Shown piece by piece: positions 6,012 through 11,865 of a stretch of DNA of 11,865 bases (positions are counted from its first letter, which is position 1; every line of letters starts with the position of its first letter). The notes under the pieces were generated by a model that was given only the letters and a program-made list of their open reading frames with translations, was not told where the DNA came from and searched no databases. The DNA lies in the UHGV virus genome UHGV-1591674; one strand, given 5' to 3'. The stretch is from a virus. A program made the translations under genes and the position numbers.

Positions 6012-6794
6012 GTGACAACAAAGAATCGACACGGTCTTTCTCGGCAAGTGCCTGCAGAGGTTAAACGAGTTATCAGGCAAAGATGTGGATTTGGCTGCGT
6101 GATCTGTGGCTTCGGATTCTATGAGTACGAGCACTTCGATCCAGATTTTGCTGATGCTACCGAACACAACCCTAATGGAATGACATTGTTATGTTCTCAA
6201 TGTAACCAGAAACGAGCCAGGGGCAGACTGTCCGCTGAAAAGGTTGCTTCAGCTAATGCTCATCCTAAGTGCCTTCAACAAGGGTTTGCGAATGAGCTTT
6301 TTGATTTTCATAGCGAACCATTGGAAATAGTTTTGGGTGGATTAACGTTCTACAACTGCGAGCACCTTATAGTAGTAAATGATAGGCCTATCTTGTCTGT
6401 TCAGTCATCTCCTGAACCAAACTCTCCAATGTTACTCTCGGGAGTATTCTGCGATGTACTAGGAAGGGAGATGTTAAGAATCCATGAGAATGAATGGTCT
6501 GTTAATTTAGATAATTGGGATGTTGACTGTGAGGGGCCGAGAATAACCATTAGAAGTGCTCCCCGTCAGATTGCCCTTGTTTTGAAAATGAATCCCCCGA
6601 GGGGAATAATTGTAGAGCGATTAGACATGACTTTTGAGGGGGTAAGATTTATAGGGGATGAGCAGAACTTGCGATTTACTATGGATGGAAGTAACTGGCA
6701 TAAGTGGTCTGGCTGCTCAATGAGGAACGGCTATGTAGGTATAGCCATTGAGACTAGGCCAAGAGCGGCAAACGATCCTATGTATATATTATGA
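6012..6794 (+). CDS. HNH endonuclease-domain protein (N-terminal zinc-finger HNH, C-terminal domain of unknown function), AT-rich acquired gene
   Basis: 260-aa ORF with GTG start at 6012. N-terminal motif RCGFGCVICGF...YEYEHFDP...HNPNGMTLLCSQCNQKR fits the CxxC...H...N...CxxC HNH fold. Hand-sampled 60-nt lines give about 40-47% GC against about 60% in a flanking phage gene. Preceded by a terminator. In frame with the downstream methyltransferase fragment, separated by a single TGA (6792-6794). Confidence 0.8.
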   Translation: MTTKNRHGLSRQVPAEVKRVIRQRCGFGCVICGFGFYEYEHFDPDFADATEHNPNGMTLLCSQCNQKRARGRLSAEKVASANAHPKCLQQGFANELFDFHSEPLEIVLGGLTFYNCEHLIVVNDRPILSVQSSPEPNSPMLLSGVFCDVLGREMLRIHENEWSVNLDNWDVDCEGPRITIRSAPRQIALVLKMNPPRGIIVERLDMTFEGVRFIGDEQNLRFTMDGSNWHKWSGCSMRNGYVGIAIETRPRAANDPMYIL

Positions 6795-6806
6795 ATTACT
6801 TTCTAT

Positions 6807-7061
6807 TTGTTAATACTGCAACCACATGAGCTTTACCGTGCTCAGGGCTTCCCTGAGTGGTACATCATTGACCAGGACTATCGGGGCAAGAAGTACGCAA
6901 AAGACAAACAAGTTGCCCGCTGTGGTAACGCCGTACCACCGCCGTTCGCTGAAGCGCTGGTCCGGGCTATTTACCGGAGCTTTGTCAGCAGAAAGAAATT
7001 GCAGCTTAATGTCCGAGTTTCAGAGCAGGGTGTAACAAATCCTGCTACTTCAATGACGTAG
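6807..7061 (+). pseudogene. C5-cytosine DNA methyltransferase C-terminal fragment (motifs IX and X only)
   Basis: PHELYRAQGFPEWY and RCGNAVPPPFAEALVRAI correspond to C5-methyltransferase motifs IX (LQGFP) and X (GNAV), matching the C-terminus of the full enzyme at 8717..10210 (RLQGFPD...AIGNSMAVPV). No motifs I, IV or VI precede it. A second diverged copy of its 3' end lies at about 7452-7580. Confidence 0.55.
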
Positions 7062-7070
7062 ATTCAAACT

Positions 7071-7079
7071 TGATATAAT
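7071..7079 (+). promoter_or_regulatory. Extended -10 promoter (TGATATAAT) for the small gene 7108..7344
   Basis: TG at 7071-7072 followed by a perfect TATAAT at 7074-7079, about 30 nt upstream of ATG 7108. Shine-Dalgarno GAGGA at 7096-7100. A hairpin AGGCTC (7080-7085) / GAGCCT (7099-7104) overlaps the ribosome-binding site. Confidence 0.4.
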
Positions 7080-7107
7080 AGGCTCTTCACAACACGAGGA
7101 GCCTAAA

Positions 7108-7344
7108 ATGCACCATTACATGATCCCTATCAACGGAACTGTTCACCTGATTAAGACTGATTCTCTAATCCCTGAAGGGACTGAGTATAGCTTTGAAGGA
7201 GAAAGTCTAATCTGCGCTCATGCCACTTTTAAATCTGGGACGTATGGCTTCCTGATACCAAAGGGAAATCAGTTGAATAGAGAGCATGCGTTCTGGCATG
7301 TAAGTGGAATTCACCCTAACCCCCTGGAAATAGATAAACCGTAA
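7108..7344 (+). CDS. Hypothetical small protein (AT-rich moron, unknown function)
   Basis: 78-aa ORF with a strong ribosome-binding site and its own promoter-like element. Lies between two diverged copies of a methyltransferase 3' end. No recognisable motif. Confidence 0.6.
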   Translation: MHHYMIPINGTVHLIKTDSLIPEGTEYSFEGESLICAHATFKSGTYGFLIPKGNQLNREHAFWHVSGIHPNPLEIDKP

Positions 7345-7447
7345 TCCACATGCCATCGCCCTGAACACACGGTGGCATGCATCCGGCACTTTAACGGAAA
7401 CGTTAAAGTGCAAAATACAATTCGAGCAATATTCAACCAGTTAAAGA

Positions 7448-7587
7448 TGGCGAATACCACCGCCATTTCGTGCCTTCTGCTGTTTCTATTACCCATTACG
7501 CTAATCCTGCCCAAACATCAGCTCGCTGAGGCGCTGGTTAGGGCTAACCTACAGGAGCTTTGTCAGCATAAACAAATAGCGGCGTAA
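7448..7587 (+). pseudogene. Degenerate second copy of the C5-methyltransferase 3' end
   Basis: DNA at 7452-7461 (TACCACCGCC) and 7522-7580 aligns with 6933-7005 at roughly 80% identity, interrupted by a ~50-bp insertion. The track ORF 7372..7587 ends in AEALVRANLQELCQ, mirroring AEALVRAIYRSFVS in the 6807..7061 fragment. Confidence 0.45.
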
Positions 7588-7604
7588 TAAAACATTGCTA
7601 ATTC

Positions 7605-7632
7605 AACCCACTACGGCGGGTTTTCTTTTTTT
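7605..7632 (+). terminator. Rho-independent terminator
   Basis: Stem AACCC (7605-7609) / GGGTT (7618-7622) followed by TTCTTTTTTT (7623-7632). Confidence 0.5.
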
Positions 7633-7694
7633 CCTACTGACAGAAAATTAACAATTTGTGCTCTTAAAACGTTGATCATTTTCGTGCATAGGTA

Positions 7695-7714
7695 TACTGT
7701 ATAAAAATACAGTA
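7695..7714. promoter_or_regulatory. LexA box (SOS operator) overlapping the dinI-like promoter
   Basis: Perfect 20-bp palindrome TACTGTATAAAAATACAGTA matching the CTGT-N8-ACAG LexA consensus. It lies 19 nt upstream of the ATG of a DinI homolog. -35-like TTGATC at 7672-7677 and -10-like TATACT at 7693-7698 overlap the box. Confidence 0.75.
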
Positions 7715-7732
7715 TATGCAATGGAGGCCATT

Positions 7733-7969
7733 ATGAAAGTTGAATTAACCATTGATCGCATGAAAGAACTTCCTAAAGGCGCGGTACCAGCACTGGAGAA
7801 AGAATTGCTTAAGCGTCTGAATGATCACTATGACAATTGCAGACTCACAATCCGCCGTGCCGGTTCAGATGGGTTAAGTGTTTTTGGCGGTGACAAGGAC
7901 GACAAAAAGAAAATTGAATCAATCCTCCAGGATACCTGGGAAAGTGCAGACGAGTGGTTTGTTAACTAA
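7733..7969 (+). CDS. dinI: DinI-family DNA-damage-inducible protein
   Basis: GGAGG at 7723-7727 five nt before ATG 7733. Product ends ILQDTWESADEWFVN, closely matching E. coli DinI (ILQETWESADDWFV). A LexA box sits immediately upstream. Confidence 0.85.
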   Translation: MKVELTIDRMKELPKGAVPALEKELLKRLNDHYDNCRLTIRRAGSDGLSVFGGDKDDKKKIESILQDTWESADEWFVN

Positions 7970-8090
7970 CACCCCTTAGCTGGTAGCTCCTGCTGCCATT
8001 TTTTAAATCGAGTTTCCGCATCGCCTCGCGCAATTATTGCCAGGTAATTCAGGTCGATTCAGGTGTGGGAATCTTTGCAAGGGGCATCTC

Positions 8091-8273
8091 ATGCAAATTC
8101 CGGATGATTTAATCCTAGGGTTGCCGGAGCACACTGGCCCGGTTCTGATTTATTTCGTGAAGGGGAGCGTGGTGAGGGGATTCGCCTTACGTAAAGATGA
8201 ATTTGTGACGTCTTTACGGGCACTGGAAGAGGCCAGAAAGAAAGCTGGTCTTCCTGTTTCTGATGCAGGATAA
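8091..8273 (+). CDS. Hypothetical small protein downstream of dinI (candidate antirepressor; speculative)
   Basis: 60-aa ORF from ATG 8091 with AAGGGG at 8079-8084; the track ORF opens at 8037 but lacks a ribosome-binding site. Short direct repeats ATTCAGG at 8046-8052 and 8057-8063 lie upstream. Confidence 0.55.
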   Translation: MQIPDDLILGLPEHTGPVLIYFVKGSVVRGFALRKDEFVTSLRALEEARKKAGLPVSDAG

Positions 8274-8417
8274 GTTGGGTTATACTCAACACGGGTCTGA
8301 ACAGCCCGCTGAGTAACACTGCGCCAACCGGGAAAACGCGATGGCGCATAAAACTGAATTACCCCATTCACACCGTTCCTTCGTGAGCGGTGTCGCTGTT
8401 TGTGCTGGTGGTGCAGC

Positions 8418-8720
8418 ATGAGCAGATCAAAGACCAAAGCCGAAAAACTTCATCTTTCCCGCGTAGCCGGGCTGGGTTGTATTGTCTGCAAAAACCTGAA
8501 GCTGGGTGAAACCCCAGCAGAGATACATCACATCCGAACTGGCCAGGGAGTTGGCCAGCGCGCTGACAATTTCAAAGTTATTCCTCTTTGCCCAATCCAT
8601 CACCGTCAGGGCGGACACGGCATAGCCATTCATGCTGGCCGCCAGTCCTGGGAAAACAATTTCGGTACTGAAACAGAGTTGCTGGTGCAGGTTCTCTACG
8701 AACTGGGGGAATCAGCGTGA
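8418..8720 (+). CDS. Ref-like recombination-enhancement HNH-type nuclease (small phage HNH protein)
   Basis: Start at ATG 8418 (GGTGGTG upstream). Product contains CIVC...EIHHIRTGQG...CPIHHRQGGHG, a CxxC/HH pattern typical of Ref-family HNH proteins. Stop overlaps the GTG start of the methyltransferase (GTGA at 8717-8720). Confidence 0.65.
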   Translation: MSRSKTKAEKLHLSRVAGLGCIVCKNLKLGETPAEIHHIRTGQGVGQRADNFKVIPLCPIHHRQGGHGIAIHAGRQSWENNFGTETELLVQVLYELGESA

Positions 8721-10210
8721 GTATTACTTATGGTTCAGTATGTAGTGGAATTGAGGCTGCAAGTATAGCGTGGGAGGTTTTGGGCTGGCGACCGTCATGG
8801 TTCTCTCAGTTCGATCCTGAACACAATTATAAAAACGGTCCAGATTTCCCATCCGCTGTTCTGGCGTATCGCTGGCCGCACGTAACAAACCTCGGTGATA
8901 TGACCAAAATCGCTGCAGCAATACGGCGCGGAGAAATCCAGGCACCAGACATTCTGGTTGGTGGCACACCGTGCCAGGCATTCAGCATCGCTGGTTTGCG
9001 CAATGGTCTGACTGATTCCCGCGGTCAATTAACTCTCGCCTTTGTAGAACTGGTAAACGCAATAGATGAAAAACGAAGAGAACAGGGAAAACCTCCCGTC
9101 ATTGTCGTCTGGGAAAACGTACCCGGAGTATTCAGCAGCAGAGATAACGCTTTCGGATGTTTTCTTGCAGGGCTTGCCGGCGAAAGCCGTGAACTGGAAT
9201 CACCAGGGCGAAAATGGACAAACGCTGGTTATGTGCTGGGACCAGAAAGGGCTGTCTGCTGGCGAGTGCTCGATGCTCAATTTTTCGGAGTGGCCCAACG
9301 ACGCCGCCGTGTGTTTGTTGTCGCAAGCGCTAGAACCGATATCGATCCCGCAAAAATACTTTTTGAGTCCGAAGGCCTGCGCCGGGATACTCCGCCGCGC
9401 CGAAAAGCGGGGAAGGGCATTACCGCAAATACTGGGCGTCGCATTGCTAACGGTAGCCACTGGGATGGGGAATATAATCCACATCCAACCCTCAACCAGT
9501 CACACAACATTGGGGGCATAGGTCAAAGCAACCAGGAATTATTCAGCCAGCGCGGAGGTGGAATCGTTGGTGTCTTTCGCATGCGGGCATTTGGTGATTA
9601 TGTTAATGATGAAACCTCATCCACTGTTAAAGCGCGCGACCATAAAGATGCAACCGATCTCACTGTCACTTATTCGGACGTCAGCAGGACATTGCTTGCC
9701 AAATCTAATGACAGCATGGCTGAAGATTTGGATACATATGCCATTCACGGCACACAAGACCCTGGCACGCTCAAAGACATGGCTCATACACTGGGGCGCA
9801 ATCATGGGCAGGAGAATGCCGTTGCTTATGCATTCAAGGCTGGTCAGGGTGCAAAAGCTGGTGGCATTGGCTGGGCAGAGGAACAATCCCCGACACTGAC
9901 TGCCGCCAGCAGTGGATCGAATTTATCCCCTTCAGTGATGAAAAATATGACCGTTCGCCGCCTGACGCCTGTCGAATGCGAGCGCCTGCAGGGCTTCCCC
10001 GATAACCACACTTTAATCCCCCGGGGTAAGCGCAAGCAGATTACGGCGGATGAATACGCCTATGTGCGCCACCACAACCCAAAGATAACAGCAGAGGAAG
10101 CCTACCGACTGGCGAAAGATGGTCTGCGCTACAAAGCGATCGGCAACAGCATGGCCGTACCGGTTATGCACTGGATCGGTAAAAGAATTAAGGAGGCTCT
10201 TAATGCCTGA
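8717..10210 (+). CDS. DNA (cytosine-5)-methyltransferase
   Basis: 497-aa ORF carrying motif I (GSVCSGIEA), motif IV (GGTPCQAFSIAG), motif VI (VVWENVPG), motif IX (RLQGFPD) and motif X (AIGNSMAVPV). About 245 aa separate the ENV region from motif IX. Translationally coupled to the upstream Ref-like gene and to rusA downstream. Confidence 0.9.
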   Translation: MSITYGSVCSGIEAASIAWEVLGWRPSWFSQFDPEHNYKNGPDFPSAVLAYRWPHVTNLGDMTKIAAAIRRGEIQAPDILVGGTPCQAFSIAGLRNGLTDSRGQLTLAFVELVNAIDEKRREQGKPPVIVVWENVPGVFSSRDNAFGCFLAGLAGESRELESPGRKWTNAGYVLGPERAVCWRVLDAQFFGVAQRRRRVFVVASARTDIDPAKILFESEGLRRDTPPRRKAGKGITANTGRRIANGSHWDGEYNPHPTLNQSHNIGGIGQSNQELFSQRGGGIVGVFRMRAFGDYVNDETSSTVKARDHKDATDLTVTYSDVSRTLLAKSNDSMAEDLDTYAIHGTQDPGTLKDMAHTLGRNHGQENAVAYAFKAGQGAKAGGIGWAEEQSPTLTAASSGSNLSPSVMKNMTVRRLTPVECERLQGFPDNHTLIPRGKRKQITADEYAYVRHHNPKITAEEAYRLAKDGLRYKAIGNSMAVPVMHWIGKRIKEALNA

Positions 10211-10562
10211 ATATCCAATTACACCCGTCGGTAAGCCCAGAATGACGCGCGCTGACAAATGGAAAAAGCGCCCCGAGGTTCTGCGTTACCGGGCTTTCTG
10301 TGATGAAGTTCGTTTGCAGTGTGTTGAGCTACCGGAAAGTGGTTCACATGTCACCTTCATTCTTCCGATGCCAGCAAGCTGGAGCAAAAAGAAACGGGCT
10401 GAGTTAAACGGCAGACCTCACCAACAAAAGCCCGATGTCGATAACCTTACCAAGTCATTACTGGACGCATTGTTTGAGGATGATGCTCATATATGGGATG
10501 TCCGGGTATCAAAATCATGGGGAGAAACCGGGAGAATAATTATTGAGGAGCTAGAAGCATGA
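10203..10562 (+). CDS. rusA: Holliday-junction resolvase RusA
   Basis: ATG 10203 overlaps the methyltransferase stop (ATGCCTGA). 119-aa product with the RusA signature KPDVDNLTKSLLDALF. The track ORF opens at 10119 but its N-terminal extension is out-of-frame methyltransferase sequence. Confidence 0.85.
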   Translation: MPEYPITPVGKPRMTRADKWKKRPEVLRYRAFCDEVRLQCVELPESGSHVTFILPMPASWSKKKRAELNGRPHQQKPDVDNLTKSLLDALFEDDAHIWDVRVSKSWGETGRIIIEELEA

Positions 10563-11158
10563 CGCCACGCCAACGCAGACTACAGCAGTCAGCATTTGAA
10601 AAAGCAGCAGCTGCGCCGCGTAAAAGCTGGCTGGGTAAATGCATTCTCCTGACGGGGATCCAGTCCGGATGGATTAAATCCCTGCTCACTACATGGGGTG
10701 AGGGTGTGGGAGGAAAAACCGCACCCCGTATGCCGCGAGGCCATGCGTGCTGGAATGTGCTTAAGGGACGGAACTGGTCAGATAAGGCGTTAGAGCGATT
10801 CACCGTTGCGTTAAATCAGGCGAGAGAAGAGGGATTCCGTGGACAGCAGGCAATGAACAGGGCACATAGCATTCTCTGGCCCCAGTCACCTGCCAGTGTA
10901 ATTGACGAGGCCCTGCATAATGACGATGTCGATTTTGTTGAGCAATGCGTGCTGCAGGCGCTGAATATAAACGATCCGGTGTATGTGGTAGGTCTTCAGT
11001 ATTACACCACCCGAAAAAAAATCTCAGACATAACCCGGGAACTGCAGGCGATTGCGCCATGGTTAACTGACGGGGAGGCGAGAAAGCGCGTGCGCTGGTG
11101 CCTGGAAATATTCAGAGCAAAGGTCTTTTTGGAAGCACGCAAACAACTATCTGAATAG
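10559..11158 (+). CDS. Late-gene antitermination protein, Q-like (tentative)
   Basis: 199-aa ORF, ATG 10559 overlapping the rusA stop (ATGA). Sits immediately upstream of a strong promoter, terminators and a holin-like gene, which is the canonical Q position. Confidence 0.55.
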   Translation: MTPRQRRLQQSAFEKAAAAPRKSWLGKCILLTGIQSGWIKSLLTTWGEGVGGKTAPRMPRGHACWNVLKGRNWSDKALERFTVALNQAREEGFRGQQAMNRAHSILWPQSPASVIDEALHNDDVDFVEQCVLQALNINDPVYVVGLQYYTTRKKISDITRELQAIAPWLTDGEARKRVRWCLEIFRAKVFLEARKQLSE

Positions 11159-11207
11159 ACTCAATGAACCATTTTTTGGCTATTAGTGCTATTTTTTGAT
11201 AATGGAG

Positions 11208-11235
11208 TTGAAAACGGGCCAGAAAATCAGATAAT
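11208..11235 (+). promoter_or_regulatory. Candidate late promoter (PR'-like): TTGAAA-16 bp-GATAAT
   Basis: -35 TTGAAA at 11208-11213, 16-bp spacer, -10 GATAAT at 11230-11235, located 50-80 nt downstream of the Q-like gene stop. An intrinsic terminator follows about 70 nt downstream, giving the classic PR'-qut-tR' layout. Confidence 0.45.
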
Positions 11236-11305
11236 CAATTCATGCTTGGCAGAGCTGCGCCACGATGGCAGCGACGAAAAGCGAACAATTTGAATATAAT
11301 GAGAA

Positions 11306-11326
11306 CCCCGCCAGCGCGGGGTTTTT
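11306..11326 (+). terminator. Rho-independent terminator (tR'-like)
   Basis: Stem CCCCGC (11306-11311), loop CAGC, stem GCGGGG (11316-11321), then TTTTT (11322-11326). Confidence 0.7.
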
Positions 11327-11335
11327 GCTTTCCGG

Positions 11336-11390
11336 CGATACGACAGGGGTATTCGCGAACGTGCTACGGCACAGTACCCCTGTCATATCG
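11336..11390 (+). repeat. Long inverted repeat (16-bp arms, 1 mismatch) forming a potential stem-loop in the late leader
   Basis: Left arm CGATACGACAGGGGTA (11336-11351) and right arm TACCCCTGTCATATCG (11375-11390) are reverse complements apart from one base, separated by 23 nt. No T-run follows. Confidence 0.5.
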
Positions 11391-11417
11391 TCGATCTAAT
11401 CTTCCCAAAATATAAAA

Positions 11418-11441
11418 CCTCGCAATTCTGCGGGGCTTTTT
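11418..11441 (+). terminator. Rho-independent terminator (second terminator in the late leader)
   Basis: Stem CCTCGCA (11418-11424), loop ATTC, stem TGCGGGG (11429-11435) with one G-U pair, then C and TTTTT (11437-11441). Confidence 0.5.
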
Positions 11442-11558
11442 CATTTCAGGCTCACGGGTATCACTCACTGCGTGCTTTGTTGATAAATCCAGCCCGTGAA
11501 GCCTGAATCTATTTCCCCTCATTCCTGAGAGGACTCACAGCAATTAAGAGGGGGCTAA

Positions 11559-11865
11559 ATGTCCGATCCGATTTCCGGTACTGGGCTGGCTGGTGGTGTC
11601 CTGACGGGGGCCAGCGTCTATGGATTTCTTTCCGGAACCGATTACGGCGTGGTGTTTGGCGCATTTGCCGGAGCTGTATTTTACATTGCAACGGCTGCTG
11701 ACTTGAGTGCAACGCGTCGGCTGGCATATTTTCTGGTGTCGTATATCGCGGGGATCCTTTGTTCCGGGCTGGTGGGTTCAAAGCTGGCTCAGGCGACCGG
11801 ATACAGTGATAAACCACTGGATGCCATTGGCGCCGTAATCGTTTCTGCTTTAGCCGTCAAAATCC
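11559..11865 (+). CDS. Holin-like membrane protein, 5' partial (runs off the window end)
   Basis: AAGAGGGGG six nt upstream of ATG 11559. Open frame to the window edge, at least 102 codons. Product MSDPISGTGLAGGVLTGASVYGFLSGTDYGVVFGAFAGAVFYIATAA...LAYFLVSYIAGILCSGLVG...AIGAVIVSALAV has three or more hydrophobic segments. It is the first gene after the Q-like gene and terminators, where a lysis cassette normally begins. Missing from the ORF track because no stop lies within the window. Confidence 0.5.
   Translation, partial: MSDPISGTGLAGGVLTGASVYGFLSGTDYGVVFGAFAGAVFYIATAADLSATRRLAYFLVSYIAGILCSGLVGSKLAQATGYSDKPLDAIGAVIVSALAVKI

Noticed and set aside
5215-7061. An intact restriction-modification system (HNH restriction enzyme plus cognate methyltransferase)
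   Set aside because: Both flanking methyltransferase pieces are fragments. The upstream one lacks an AdoMet-binding motif and the downstream one has only motifs IX-X, so neither can be a functional cognate methylase. The intact C5-methyltransferase at 8717..10210 is in a separate operon.
6012-7061. Intein or group I intron interpretation of the HNH gene within the methyltransferase
   Set aside because: The HNH ORF is bounded by stop codons and a terminator, has its own start, and there is no continuous host-protein frame across the junctions. A free-standing gene is more consistent.
11159-11558. tRNA gene(s) downstream of the Q-like gene, as found in some stx-type lambdoid phages
   Set aside because: No cloverleaf-compatible segment with acceptor-stem pairing and a T-loop GTTC motif was found. 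The structured elements present are better explained as terminators and a long inverted repeat.

Overview
This window reads as the early-right to late-transition segment of a lambdoid prophage from an enterobacterial host, with almost all genes on the plus strand. In order: a short non-cleavable CI-like repressor (minus strand) facing a Cro-like gene; a YdaT/CII-like gene; a replication initiator (HTH plus DnaT-like domain) with origin iterons inside its coding sequence; a lambda-P-like helicase loader; a run of small translationally coupled early genes; a methyltransferase-like N-terminal fragment; an AT-rich mosaic insertion (about 5880-7600) carrying a zinc-finger HNH nuclease-domain protein, two diverged copies of a C5-methyltransferase 3' end and a small promoter-equipped gene; a LexA-box-controlled DinI homolog; a Ref-like HNH nuclease translationally coupled to a full C5-cytosine methyltransferase; RusA; a Q-like antiterminator; a late promoter with terminators; and the start of a holin-like gene running off the window. 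The best candidate for an undescribed system is the AT-rich HNH island, which looks like a homing-endonuclease or defence cassette inserted at a methyltransferase gene. All calls rest on reading the sequence and on remembered family motifs; no database search was run, and GC differences are hand-sampled estimates.
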